Part shown: piece by piece, positions 36,699-46,597 of the stretch
How the letters are laid out: the number at the start of each line of letters is the position of its first letter
Position numbering within the stretch: the first letter of the stretch is position 1
Source: Clostridia bacterium
Lineage (GTDB): Bacteria > Bacillota > DSM-521 > Neomoorellales > JACIYF01
Assembly (NCBI GenBank): GCA_014360065.1
Contig: JACIYF010000004.1
Coordinates: 1 to 59,742 of the forward strand
Direction: 5' to 3'
DNA length: 59,742 nt
Made by a program: the position numbers and the translations under genes
Notes under the pieces: generated by a model
Databases searched by the model: none
Told to the model about the DNA's origin: nothing
What the model saw: the letters and a program-made list of their open reading frames with translations, nothing else

Positions 36699-36968
36699 TT
36701 GAAGAACGGCCCTATTGCCTTGACAACTGTAGGTCTGCCCGTGGAAGAGAGCCTCCGTAGGTTAGCCAGTGCTGGGATAGCGGCTCGGATCAATCTAACC
36801 ATGCCGCCGGAAGGAGCTCACCGGCAAGCTGGGCGGAGGGTAGGGTTGCGCGGCTGGGTAATTCGCGAGACTGATGCGGGGCAGCTCGAACGGTTGGCTC
36901 CAGTGAGAGTTGTTCTAGTCGCTAGTTTGGTGTACAAGCAGGCTGAGCTGCAGCAAGCCCCCTCCTAA
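36699..36968 (+). CDS. possible small ORF (doubtful)
   Basis: 89-aa ORF with a TTG start directly after the frr stop. No RBS or motif. Ends inside a GC-rich hairpin. Confidence 0.2.
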   Translation: MKNGPIALTTVGLPVEESLRRLASAGIAARINLTMPPEGAHRQAGRRVGLRGWVIRETDAGQLERLAPVRVVLVASLVYKQAELQQAPS

Positions 36969-36978
36969 GAGGGGGCTT
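36955..36978 (+). terminator. GC-rich hairpin after frr (terminator-like, no U-tract)
   Basis: AAGCCCCCTC-CTAA-GAGGGGGCTT, a perfect 10-bp stem. Confidence 0.45.
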
Positions 36979-37000
36979 AGATGTAGATCTGGGGAAGGAG

Positions 37001-37789
37001 ATGCTGGGACTAATAGTGCTTGGTCGCCTATTTCGCCGCCGGAACCAAGGTGATGGCCAGAAATTATGGGATTTGGTCGATCCGGCAAAGTTGCCGGAAC
37101 ATGTGGCCGTAATTATGGACGGCAATGGGAGGTGGGCTGAGCGTCGCGGCTTTCCCAGGTCCGTCGGCCACCGCGCCGGCGTTGAAGCGCTGAGGAAAAT
37201 TGTGGAAGCCAGTTGCAACTTAGGAATTCCATACTTGACCGTGTATGCCTTCTCCACTGAGAACTGGAAGCGACCTCGAGAAGAAGTTGATTTCTTGATG
37301 CGGCTCTTGCTCGAATATCTGGGACGGGAGCTGGAAGAACTTAGGCGCAAAGGTATCCGGCTTTGGGTTTTAGGCGATGCCGAGAGGCTGCCGGCTGAAG
37401 TTCAGCTGCGGGTGAGGGAGGCCATTGAGCGTACTAGGGATAACCATGGCATGCAACTCAATGTGGCTATAAATTACGGGGGTCGGTGGGAAATCACCCA
37501 TGCGGCTAAGGAGCTGTTGAGACGGTGTCTGGCGGGCGAGATCAGCCCCGAGGAAGTGACCGAGGACGTATTTGCTGATCACCTGTTGACCAAGGGGATA
37601 CCTGATCCTGACCTTCTAATCCGTACGGCTGGAGAGCTGAGGTTAAGCAATTTCCTCCTTTGGCAAGTTGCCTACTCTGAGTTTTGGTCAACCTCAACGC
37701 TTTGGCCGGATTTTGGCGAGGAAGAGTTCATGCAAGCAATTATTGCTTACCAAAACCGGCAGCGGCGATTTGGGGCCATTTCGCCCTAA
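37001..37789 (+). CDS. uppS: isoprenyl transferase (undecaprenyl-diphosphate synthase)
   Basis: HVAVIMDGNGRWA..RG..R..GH..G; YLTVYAFSTENWKRP; RTAGELRLSNFLLWQ.AYSEF. Confidence 0.95.
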   Translation: MLGLIVLGRLFRRRNQGDGQKLWDLVDPAKLPEHVAVIMDGNGRWAERRGFPRSVGHRAGVEALRKIVEASCNLGIPYLTVYAFSTENWKRPREEVDFLMRLLLEYLGRELEELRRKGIRLWVLGDAERLPAEVQLRVREAIERTRDNHGMQLNVAINYGGRWEITHAAKELLRRCLAGEISPEEVTEDVFADHLLTKGIPDPDLLIRTAGELRLSNFLLWQVAYSEFWSTSTLWPDFGEEEFMQAIIAYQNRQRRFGAISP

Positions 37790-37804
37790 TGGGAGACACG
37801 TTTT

Positions 37805-38578
37805 ATGCTGAAACAGAGGGTCATAACAGCAATGGTGGGTATTCCCGTGGTGGTAGCCGTTAGTTACTGGGGCGGGATAGTGTTCCATCTGGCCATAACT
37901 TTAGTCCAGCTGGTTGGTCTGCACGAGTTTTTTAATTTTGCCACGCCGCCCGTACGCTCCAAATATGTCAGGGTTATTTTTAGTATTGCTCTTTTCGCTT
38001 ACAGTGTTTTCTCTGTTGGACATGAAGCTCAGCTGAAGCTGTTTTTCTTTACTTTGTTGCTTATCCCATTCCTCTTTGGAGTGGAGGATTGGGGAGGCTT
38101 GACTTCGGCATTTTGGGGGATTGCTTATGTGGGCCTATTAAGCTTTTTAGTAGCCCTGCGGGAGTTGCCTCAAGGTTTTGAGATGGTGATGTGGGTATTT
38201 GGTACCATGTGGGCTAATGATACAGCTGCCTACTTTATCGGAAAAAAATGGGGGCACAGAAAACTAGTTCCCAAGATAAGCCCCAATAAGTCTTGGGCTG
38301 GCGCTCTAGCAGGATGTGCTGTTGGTGTTGCCGTAGCTATGCTTTTAAACTATTTTTTTCAATTATTTCAGCTGGGACAGATGCTGTTGGCCGCTTTTAT
38401 CGTTGTAATAGCCGGGCAGTGGGGAGATATCATTGAATCAGCCATTAAGAGAAATGCTGGCGTAAAAGATAGTGGGAGAATATTGCCTGGCCACGGAGGA
38501 GTACTGGATCGCTTTGATGGCCTAATAATAGCCTCTCCAGCCATATACTGGTATGTAAGCTGGCTCATTAGGTCCTGA
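37805..38578 (+). CDS. cdsA: phosphatidate cytidylyltransferase
   Basis: Multi-TM protein of 257 aa. KISPNKSWAGA and the C-terminal SAIKRNAGVKDSGRILPGHGGVLDRFD signature. Confidence 0.93.
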   Translation: MLKQRVITAMVGIPVVVAVSYWGGIVFHLAITLVQLVGLHEFFNFATPPVRSKYVRVIFSIALFAYSVFSVGHEAQLKLFFFTLLLIPFLFGVEDWGGLTSAFWGIAYVGLLSFLVALRELPQGFEMVMWVFGTMWANDTAAYFIGKKWGHRKLVPKISPNKSWAGALAGCAVGVAVAMLLNYFFQLFQLGQMLLAAFIVVIAGQWGDIIESAIKRNAGVKDSGRILPGHGGVLDRFDGLIIASPAIYWYVSWLIRS

Positions 38579-38599
38579 ATTAGGTCCTGAGGTGAGGTT

Positions 38600-39706
38600 A
38601 TGAAGGAAAAATATTGGCGGGCACTGGTGATTACCGGCATAACCCTTGGAATTCTGACGTCCATTCACTTGACTTATTATTACGTTGGTCCAGCTCTTAT
38701 TAGGACCTTTAGCTTTTTGCTCCGAATTCTTGTTCCGGTAGTGCTGGCGGTAGCCCTGGCAGCCATGCTGGAGCCGGTAGTCAGCTTCTTGCAACGACAA
38801 GTCAAGCTCTCCCGTGGCTGGGCAGCCCTAATTAGCATAGTTTTGCTGGTGCTGGTATTGGGTGGTTTATCATTTATAGCCGTATCCAAGTTAGTTGATG
38901 AACTAGGAATTCTACTCTATAGCTTGCCGAACTACGCTGCTTTGTTAAATCAAAATCTGGACCGTCTTCTGGAGTGGTTCAATGGAATAAGCATTGCTGT
39001 CAACTTTCCTAATACCATCCAGGAGAGCATTCTTGCTAACCTAGATAAACTTACTTCTTTAGCCGGGAATTACCTTTCTCAAGCCATGAACTATTTGGTG
39101 GCTAGCGTTTCCTGGATACCCAATTTCTTGGCTGCTAGCATTTTTCTACTTTTGGCCACCTTTTTCTTCATTAGGGACAAACAGCTGATATTTACTTGGG
39201 CTGGCAAGCTTTTCAATGAAAAACAGTCGCGCAAGCTAGAGGAAGTGTATGAGCACCTGGCCAGCATCCTTTTTGGCTACCTGAAGGCTTTCGCCATCCT
39301 GGTAATAATAACTACCCTTCTGATTATCCTTGGGCTGAGTATCTTGGGTATTAAGTATGCAGTGCTGGGCGGGATCTTGGCCGGCATCGCCGATATACTC
39401 CCTATTGTCGGGCCTGGGCTAGTACTGGTTCCCTGGGGGACATGGTACCTACTTACTGGAGACATGCGGCTTGGCGTATCAATCCTTGTCCTTTATGCTG
39501 CAGTGTCGGTTATTCGTCAATTGATCCAGCCCAAGGTCATCGGCGAGAATATCGGGTTACACCCCCTTTTGACCTTGGTTTCAATGTTTGTGGGCTTTGA
39601 AGTCATAGGCGCATGGGGTTTGATCCTGGGGCCCATTGTAGTAGTGGTTGCACTGGCTCTGTACCGGTTAGGTATGTTGGGCACCCGGCGCGACGGGCGC
39701 CAATAG
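38600..39706 (+). CDS. AI-2E family transporter (YtvI-like sporulation membrane protein)
   Basis: 368 aa, about 8 TM segments. The ..FIRDKQ.., GILAGIADILPIVGPG and IQPKVIGENIGLHPL motifs are typical of the PerM/AI-2E family. Confidence 0.75.
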   Translation: MKEKYWRALVITGITLGILTSIHLTYYYVGPALIRTFSFLLRILVPVVLAVALAAMLEPVVSFLQRQVKLSRGWAALISIVLLVLVLGGLSFIAVSKLVDELGILLYSLPNYAALLNQNLDRLLEWFNGISIAVNFPNTIQESILANLDKLTSLAGNYLSQAMNYLVASVSWIPNFLAASIFLLLATFFFIRDKQLIFTWAGKLFNEKQSRKLEEVYEHLASILFGYLKAFAILVIITTLLIILGLSILGIKYAVLGGILAGIADILPIVGPGLVLVPWGTWYLLTGDMRLGVSILVLYAAVSVIRQLIQPKVIGENIGLHPLLTLVSMFVGFEVIGAWGLILGPIVVVVALALYRLGMLGTRRDGRQ

Positions 39707-39719
39707 GGATGATGGGAAA

Positions 39720-40880
39720 ATGGGCTTAGCGCTCTTCGGATCAACAGGATCAATTGGCAGGCAGGTCTTGGAAGTAGTTGATAGCCTAGACGAGAGAGTA
39801 ACTATAGTTGCCTTGGTGTCAGGTGGTGCCAATTTAGGCCTATTGGCTGAACAAATTAGGAAATACCGCCCTCGCTATGTAGGAATAGCCAAGGATTGCG
39901 TTGCGGAGTTAAAGCAGCTCCTGGGCGATTTTCAGTCCGGCCAACTAGTGTGTGGAGCTGACGAATTAGAAGAGTTGGCCCGGCTGCGGGAAACCTCCTT
40001 AGTAGTGAATGCAGTAACTGGGGCCGTGGGCTTAAGGTATTCATTGGCTGCCTTGCGGGCGGGAAAGCGGTTGGCGTTGGCCAACAAGGAAAGCTTAGTA
40101 ATCGGAGGGCACTTAGTGAGGAGCTATGTTGGCGGCGGTGGGGAGACAATGATAATACCTGTTGATAGCGAGCATTCTGCCATTTTTCGTTGCCTGGAGT
40201 CAAGCGTCTTGCCGCTTGAGAAACTTATCCTTACCGCCTCTGGGGGGCCGTTCTGGCGGTGGTCTACTGAGCAGCTGGCGAGCGTGACTCCAGATATGGC
40301 GCTAACTAATCCTAACTGGACCATGGGACCACGAGTAACCGTAGATTCCGCTACCATGGTTAACAAAGGTTTAGAAGTAATCGAAGCCCATTGGCTGTTT
40401 AATGTGCCCTATGAACAGATTGGAGTCTTAGTACATGAGCAGAGCATCGTTCATTCCATGGTTCAGTTTAGTGATGGCAGTATTTTGGCGCAGCTGGCGG
40501 TGCCGGACATGAGGATTCCCATCCAGTATGCTCTCACTTGGCCAGAAGGGTCTGCGACCAATTGGCCACGGGTTGATTGGTCCCAGGTACCTAACCTCAG
40601 CTTTGCTCCGCCTGATTATGACAGGTTTCCTGGGTTAAAGCTAGGTTACCAGGCTGGCCTGAGTGGTGGTAGCATGCCTGCCGTATACAATGCTGCCGAT
40701 GAAATGGCAGTCAGGCTTTTCCTCGAAGGCAGGATCGGCTTTCAGGACATGGCTCGACTAATCGAGCTGGCCATGGAAAAGCATGAAGTGATCAAAGAGC
40801 CCAGTTTCGATGAGATAGTGCTGGTGGACCAAGAAACAAGGGAAATGGTGACCCGCGAAGCATCGAGGTTCTCGCGATAG
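39720..40880 (+). CDS. dxr: 1-deoxy-D-xylulose-5-phosphate reductoisomerase
   Basis: GSTGSIG.Q.L.V; LANKESLV; PVDSEHSAIFQ-like PVDSEHSAIFRC; NKGLEVIEAHWLF. Confidence 0.96.
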   Translation: MGLALFGSTGSIGRQVLEVVDSLDERVTIVALVSGGANLGLLAEQIRKYRPRYVGIAKDCVAELKQLLGDFQSGQLVCGADELEELARLRETSLVVNAVTGAVGLRYSLAALRAGKRLALANKESLVIGGHLVRSYVGGGGETMIIPVDSEHSAIFRCLESSVLPLEKLILTASGGPFWRWSTEQLASVTPDMALTNPNWTMGPRVTVDSATMVNKGLEVIEAHWLFNVPYEQIGVLVHEQSIVHSMVQFSDGSILAQLAVPDMRIPIQYALTWPEGSATNWPRVDWSQVPNLSFAPPDYDRFPGLKLGYQAGLSGGSMPAVYNAADEMAVRLFLEGRIGFQDMARLIELAMEKHEVIKEPSFDEIVLVDQETREMVTREASRFSR

Positions 40881-40907
40881 TCGACTGGGCTAGAACGGAG
40901 GCACAAG

Positions 40908-41921
40908 GTGTTTACGTTATTAATAGCGCTGGCCGTGTTTGCGGTTCTCATACTGGCCCACGAGCTAGGCCACTTTCTAGTGGCTAAACTAGTAGGCATC
41001 AAAGTCTTGGAGTTTAGCCTAGGGATGGGACCAGCCGTTTGGCAGCGGAGAAAGGGCGAAACCCTGTATTCGATAAGGGCTATCCCTATCGGCGGCTTTA
41101 ATCGTATGGCTGGTACCGAAGGGGAAGAGGAAGATGATCCGCGAGGTTTTAACAAGAAGACTGTAGCTCAGCGAATGGCAGTAATTGGTGCGGGGTCAGG
41201 GATGAATTTTGTTTTAGCCTTTGTTCTATTTTTGGTAATTTTTATGGTCTTAGGCCTTCCATCAACAGAACCGATAGTTGGCCATGTCTCTCCTAATAGC
41301 CCAGCTGAAATGGCTGGTATCCAACCTGGGGACCGGATCTTGATGGTCGACCAGACTGAAGTTGGCGGCTGGAGCGACTTGGTGCAGAAGATTTATAGCA
41401 GCCCTGGTATCAAGCTAGATCTTAAGCTTTTAAGGGGAAGCCAGGTCTTGGATGTTCAAGTGGTTCCCAGGGTTGACGATCAGACCCAGGTCGGCATGAT
41501 TGGCATCGGGCCCCGGTGGGTGAGGCAGGGGTTCTGGGATTCCATCGTTTTAGGGGTTAAGGAAACGGTCCAGATTACCTCGATTTTTATCGTAAGCATA
41601 GTTCAGATGATAACCGGCAAGGCGGAGCCGGAATTAGCTGGACCGGTAGGTATTGTGCAGATGGTAGGGCAGGCGGCTCGTTACGGCATGTTTAACCTTC
41701 TAAGTTTTACTGGTATCCTAAGCCTTAACTTGGCTATCATTAACTTGTTTCCCATTCCTGCCCTGGATGGCAGCCGATTAGTTTTCCTGGGAATCGAAGG
41801 GATCTCTGGCCGGCCCATTGATCGCAGGAAAGAGAACCTTATTCACCTGATTGGCTTTGCGCTCTTAATCGTTCTGATGGTTATAATCACTTATCAAGAC
41901 TTGCTCAAGATCTTTGGCTAG
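40908..41921 (+). CDS. rseP: RIP (site-2) zinc metalloprotease RseP/YluC
   Basis: HELGHFLVAK (HEXXH) in TM1, a central PDZ segment (SPAEMAGIQPGDRIL), and a C-terminal NLFPIPALDG motif. Confidence 0.92.
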   Translation: MFTLLIALAVFAVLILAHELGHFLVAKLVGIKVLEFSLGMGPAVWQRRKGETLYSIRAIPIGGFNRMAGTEGEEEDDPRGFNKKTVAQRMAVIGAGSGMNFVLAFVLFLVIFMVLGLPSTEPIVGHVSPNSPAEMAGIQPGDRILMVDQTEVGGWSDLVQKIYSSPGIKLDLKLLRGSQVLDVQVVPRVDDQTQVGMIGIGPRWVRQGFWDSIVLGVKETVQITSIFIVSIVQMITGKAEPELAGPVGIVQMVGQAARYGMFNLLSFTGILSLNLAIINLFPIPALDGSRLVFLGIEGISGRPIDRRKENLIHLIGFALLIVLMVIITYQDLLKIFG

Positions 41922-41933
41922 GGGTAGAACCAG

Positions 41934-43010
41934 TTGCGGAGAAGATCTATTCCCATCAGACTTGGAAACAAAGTGATTGGCGGGAATGCCCCTGTCTTGG
42001 TGCAATCAATGACCAATACCAGAACCGATGACGTAGCTACCACCATTAATCAGATTCACGAACTGGAGAAGGTAGGGTGTGAAGCGGTTCGGGTAGCGGT
42101 GCCTAATCTCGAGGCTGCCCATGCGTTACCGAGTATTAAGTCGGCTATCGGAATTCCCTTGATTGCCGATGTTCATTTTCGGGTCGAATTGGCTTTGGCT
42201 GCCATCGAGGCTGGAGTTGACGGTCTGCGAATTAATCCCGGTAATATTGGCTCTATTGAGCGGGTCAGGACCATTGTGGAGGCAGCCAAGAAGACCAATA
42301 CTGTTATTCGCATTGGCGTTAATGCTGGGTCCTTAGAGAAGGACCTACTAGAAAAATACGGACAGCCGTGCGCTGAGGCCATGGTGGAAAGTGCTATAAG
42401 GTATGTCCGCCTATTTGAACGATGGAATTTCAAGAACCTCAAAATATCGCTTAAGGCTTCTGATGTGCATACCACAGTAACTAGTTATCGGCTTCTGGCG
42501 GAAAAGGTCCCGTATCCTTTGCACTTGGGCATTACCGAAGCTGGAACTCTTCTCTATGGAGCGGTCAAATCGGCCATCGGACTGGGTATTCTACTGGCCG
42601 AGGGTATAGGTGATACTATTCGCGTCTCCCTGGCCGGGGATCCAGTCCCAGAGGTTCGGGTTGCCTATATGATCTTAAGAGCTTTAAACCTTCGCCATCG
42701 AGGCATCGAGATTATTGCCTGTCCTACCTGCGGGCGTTGCCATATGGATGTTGCTCAGATTGCTGCTAAGTTGGAAGAACAACTAGCCGAAGTCTCTTGC
42801 CCCCTGACTGTAGCCGTAATGGGTTGCGAAGTCAATGGCCCCGGAGAGGCTCGCCAAGCCGATATCGGAGTCGCGGGAGGAAAGGAAATTGCAGTTATTT
42901 TCCAGAAAGGAAAGATCGTGGGGCGGGTACGAAAAGACCAAGTCATAACTGCTATGACAGAGAAGGTCAAGCAGCTCTGCAAGGAGGAAAGTAGGTTTGA
43001 AAGCAAGTGA
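41934..43010 (+). CDS. ispG: 4-hydroxy-3-methylbut-2-en-1-yl diphosphate synthase (flavodoxin)
   Basis: VQSMTNT.T.DV..T..QI..L...GCE.VRVAV; LRINPGNIG; CPTCGRC ... MGC.VNGPGEA. Confidence 0.95.
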   Translation: MRRRSIPIRLGNKVIGGNAPVLVQSMTNTRTDDVATTINQIHELEKVGCEAVRVAVPNLEAAHALPSIKSAIGIPLIADVHFRVELALAAIEAGVDGLRINPGNIGSIERVRTIVEAAKKTNTVIRIGVNAGSLEKDLLEKYGQPCAEAMVESAIRYVRLFERWNFKNLKISLKASDVHTTVTSYRLLAEKVPYPLHLGITEAGTLLYGAVKSAIGLGILLAEGIGDTIRVSLAGDPVPEVRVAYMILRALNLRHRGIEIIACPTCGRCHMDVAQIAAKLEEQLAEVSCPLTVAVMGCEVNGPGEARQADIGVAGGKEIAVIFQKGKIVGRVRKDQVITAMTEKVKQLCKEESRFESK

Positions 43011-44724
43011 ACTAATGGCACCAACCTTGCGGGAGGTATCAGCAGATGCTGAAACTATCAGTCAGCAGCTTCTATTACGGGGCGGTTTTGTCCGCCGAGT
43101 CATGTCTGGAGTTTATACTTACCTCCCCTTGGGGTGGCGAGTAGTGCGGAAGATTGAGGCTATCGTTCGCCGAGAAATGGATCGGGCCGGGGCACAAGAA
43201 ATTATGCTTCCCATTCTACAGCCAGCTGAGGTCTGGCGGGAAACCGGCAGGTGGGATGTGTATGGCGAGGAGATGTTTCGTCTAAAGGATCGCCGCAATC
43301 GGGATCTGTGCCTAGGGCCTACCCATGAGGAATTGATAACTGATTTGGCTCGGCGGGAGATAAAATCGTATCGGCAATTGCCGGTGATGCTCTACCAAGT
43401 GCAGAACAAGTACCGCGACGAATTGCGTCCTCGGGCGGGGCTAATAAGAGGCCGAGAATTTATTATGAAAGATCTATATTCCTTTGACCGGGATACCGCG
43501 GGGTTAGAAGTAAGCTACCGTAAAATGCTTGAGGCTTACCAGAGGGTATTTACCAGCTGCGGTTTGACTTTCCGCGTGGTGGAGGCCGATCCCGGGGCAA
43601 TTGGGGGACACCGGTCACACGAGGTAGTGGCCCTAGTTGATTCCGGCGAAGCTGAGGTTGCATACTGTGATCGTTGTAGTTATGCTGCCAACTTGGAGAC
43701 TGCTACCTCGGGGTCCACTCCTAAATCTTGGCCTGGGGTTAACCAAGGCGGAAAACCAAAGTTGGTTTCTACCCCTGGCGTCAAGTCCATAGAGGAAGTG
43801 TCTGATTTTTTGGGGGTGCCTTCCTGGCAAACCGTCAAGACCTTACTTTTTATAGCTGACGGGGAGCCGGTGGCCGCATTGGTTCGAGGTGACCGGCATG
43901 TCAGCGAATTCAAACTCCGGAGAGTCCTTGGCGCTGCTACCTTGGCTATGGCATCGGACCAAGAGACGGAAAGGTTGGTGAGGACCAAGCCTGGTTATCT
44001 GGGACCAGTTGGGCTCAATGGGATCAAAGTTATTGCGGATGCAGAGGTTCCGGCTCTCAGAAGTGTGGTAGTTGGAGCCAACCAGGAAGGATTCCACTTG
44101 GTCAATGTTGACCCAGGAGAGGATTTTATCTGGGATGAGGTCGCTGATATTCGCATAGTTCAGGCCGGCGATCCCTGCCCGCAGTGCGGTGGCCCCTTGG
44201 CTACGGTACGGGGCATTGAGGTTGGACACCTGTTCCAGCTGGGAACTAAATATACGAGCGCCTTAGGAGCCGTGTACACTGATGAAGCTGGTCGGGAGCA
44301 GCTTTTGGTGATGGGTTCTTACGGGATAGGGATCGGTAGGACTATGGCCGCTGTGGTGGAGCAACATCATGATGCTAACGGGATTATTTGGCCAGTGAAT
44401 CTGGCACCTTTCCAAGTGGTAATTGTTACTACCAACCAACGCGCTCAGGCCCAAGTTGAGATTGCCAAGGAGCTTTATTTCCGTTTGAGTAAATTGGGCT
44501 GGGAGGTAGTTTGGGACGACCGGGATGAGCGGGCTGGAATTAAATTTGCTGATGCCGACCTCATTGGTTATCCAATTCGGGTGACAGTGGGGAAAAAAGT
44601 GGAGCAGGGGCAGGTTGATATTAAGTTAAGGAGCGAGAAGTCCGATACGTCCTGGTCGTGGGAAAGTGCTGTTGGGTATATAGATGGACTGTTACAGGAT
44701 TCCCTTAAAGCCCTGAGTAGTTAA
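42997..44724 (+). CDS. proS: proline--tRNA ligase (bacterial type with INS editing domain)
   Basis: MKASELMAPTLREVSADAE..SQQLLLRGGFVRR; class II motifs FRDE-like YRDELRPRAGLIRGREF; GSYGIGIGR. Confidence 0.95.
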   Translation: MKASELMAPTLREVSADAETISQQLLLRGGFVRRVMSGVYTYLPLGWRVVRKIEAIVRREMDRAGAQEIMLPILQPAEVWRETGRWDVYGEEMFRLKDRRNRDLCLGPTHEELITDLARREIKSYRQLPVMLYQVQNKYRDELRPRAGLIRGREFIMKDLYSFDRDTAGLEVSYRKMLEAYQRVFTSCGLTFRVVEADPGAIGGHRSHEVVALVDSGEAEVAYCDRCSYAANLETATSGSTPKSWPGVNQGGKPKLVSTPGVKSIEEVSDFLGVPSWQTVKTLLFIADGEPVAALVRGDRHVSEFKLRRVLGAATLAMASDQETERLVRTKPGYLGPVGLNGIKVIADAEVPALRSVVVGANQEGFHLVNVDPGEDFIWDEVADIRIVQAGDPCPQCGGPLATVRGIEVGHLFQLGTKYTSALGAVYTDEAGREQLLVMGSYGIGIGRTMAAVVEQHHDANGIIWPVNLAPFQVVIVTTNQRAQAQVEIAKELYFRLSKLGWEVVWDDRDERAGIKFADADLIGYPIRVTVGKKVEQGQVDIKLRSEKSDTSWSWESAVGYIDGLLQDSLKALSS

Positions 44725-44813
44725 GCGGTACTATCTGGATACATATTGGGCTGGGCAATTTGGGACAGTAAAAGGCGGTGAGGTAGTCAGGAGATCTCAA
44801 AAGGGGTTACTTT

Positions 44814-45500
44814 ATGAACGGAGCCCAAAGATTGCTTTTTGTCTCAGTGTTAGTGTGCTGGTTGGTTGTTGGTTGGGCGTGGGCGAGCGGTGACTTGGTG
44901 TGGGCAACAACCAACCCTATCTTCCAAGGTAAGGCCAATCATAAGTCCATAGCTCTTACCTTCAATGTGGATTGGGGACAGGAGTATTTACCGCAAATCT
45001 TGGATGTGCTAAAGGAACAAAGGGTTCGGGCGACTTTCTTCATCACCGGCCGATGGGGTGAACAGTTTCCTGAGCTAGTCAGGCGCACCGCTAGCGAGGG
45101 GCATCAAATTGGCAACCATGGCTACTTGCACCTTCATGTTAATCAAGCTACAGAGGCCCAAATTGTCTCTGACTTACGGCGTAGCCAGGCCGTGCTGGAG
45201 TCGATAGTGGGCAGGATCAGCCCCTTCTACGCCCCGCCTTACGGTGAATGTGAGCCTCATGTCGTTAAGGCGGCAGAGAGTATTGGGTACCGAACCGTCC
45301 TATGGACCATTGATACTGTGGACTGGAGGGAAGGAGCCAAGGCCAGTGAAATCATAAGCAAAGTAACCTCCCGGGCTCAGAATGGCGCCATAGTCTTGGC
45401 TCACCCGACTGCAGTCATGGCCGAGACCTTACCAGGCTTGATTGCAAAACTTAAAACCAGCGGTTACGACCTAGTAACTTTGTCCGAGATCGTAAGCTAG
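44814..45500 (+). CDS. polysaccharide deacetylase (PdaB-like)
   Basis: Signal/TM N-terminus. NodB motifs IALTFNVDWG, ATFFITGRW, GHQIGNHGY, YAPPYG. Confidence 0.85.
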   Translation: MNGAQRLLFVSVLVCWLVVGWAWASGDLVWATTNPIFQGKANHKSIALTFNVDWGQEYLPQILDVLKEQRVRATFFITGRWGEQFPELVRRTASEGHQIGNHGYLHLHVNQATEAQIVSDLRRSQAVLESIVGRISPFYAPPYGECEPHVVKAAESIGYRTVLWTIDTVDWREGAKASEIISKVTSRAQNGAIVLAHPTAVMAETLPGLIAKLKTSGYDLVTLSEIVS

Positions 45501-45530
45501 TTGTTTCAACCACTTTAAGATTGCGCTCAG

Positions 45531-46574
45531 GTGATTATTCTGTTTAGATGGATGGCCTTCCTAATATTGTTATCCCTTTTTTCAGTTTGGAGCACCCCTG
45601 CTTACGCAGGGACCGTTGACGGCCTTAACTTAAGTTCCGACTCCTATCTATTGATGGAGGCCGGGTCAGGGCAGGTTCTTCTCGGGCATAATGTCTTCAG
45701 CCCTCGCCACCCGGCTAGTACCACCAAGATTGTAACTGCCATTCTGATATGTGATTATGAAGAATGTCTACCTGAGATAGCTTTAGTTAACCGGGCAGCG
45801 GCTTTCTGTGCCGGATCAAGTATGGGGTTGAATCCTAACGAAAGAATAACTGTTCAGTCTTTGTTGTTTGGAGCCATGCTGCCTTCAGGTAACGATGCTG
45901 CTACTGCTTTGGCCTACCATATGGCCGGTGGCGAAGAATGGTTTGCCTGGATGATGAACCGCAAAGCTAGGTTGCTGGGAGCTGCTGATGCCTACTTCTG
46001 TAACCCTCATGGGCTCACTTGCTCGCGCCACCTGGCTTCGGCGTACGATTTGGCCACGATTACGCGGTACGCTCTTCAAAACCCGCATTTCCGCAATGCC
46101 GTAACGCGTAAGAGCAAAGTAGTTGCTTCTGTAGATGGAAGTCGAATTCACTACCTAGTCAACACCAATCGGCTACTATGGGAATGGCCGGATATAAGTG
46201 GAGTCAAGACGGGAACTACAGCTACGGCTGGAAAATGTCTGGTAGCATCGGCTGCTCGCTATCCTCGCGAGCTGATTGCGGTTGTCCTTAGGAGCGCTGA
46301 CCGGTTCAACGATGCTCGAGAGCTCTTGCAATTAGGATTTGCTCAGTTTGATAGTATAAGCATCGGTACGGATACTCTGATTCAAGACTCTATCGGTGTG
46401 ACTCAGGACAGAGCACTGGCAGCATTGAGGCCATTTTACTGGGCCTTTCCCATTTCCGAAGCCAAGGCGATAGAGAGAAGATTTCACTATCGACAGCGAA
46501 GGCTGGAGATCTTCTTCCGAGGGCGAATGCTGGATACGATTCCATTAGCCCCCAATCGGTTGAGGGTCAAATAA
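45531..46574 (+). CDS. D-alanyl-D-alanine carboxypeptidase (S11 serine peptidase)
   Basis: Signal peptide. SxxK (PASTTKIVTA), SGN (LPSGNDAA) and KTG (VKTGTT) motifs. Confidence 0.88.
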   Translation: MIILFRWMAFLILLSLFSVWSTPAYAGTVDGLNLSSDSYLLMEAGSGQVLLGHNVFSPRHPASTTKIVTAILICDYEECLPEIALVNRAAAFCAGSSMGLNPNERITVQSLLFGAMLPSGNDAATALAYHMAGGEEWFAWMMNRKARLLGAADAYFCNPHGLTCSRHLASAYDLATITRYALQNPHFRNAVTRKSKVVASVDGSRIHYLVNTNRLLWEWPDISGVKTGTTATAGKCLVASAARYPRELIAVVLRSADRFNDARELLQLGFAQFDSISIGTDTLIQDSIGVTQDRALAALRPFYWAFPISEAKAIERRFHYRQRRLEIFFRGRMLDTIPLAPNRLRVK

Positions 46575-46597
46575 GGGCTAGCATAAGGAGGTAAGGT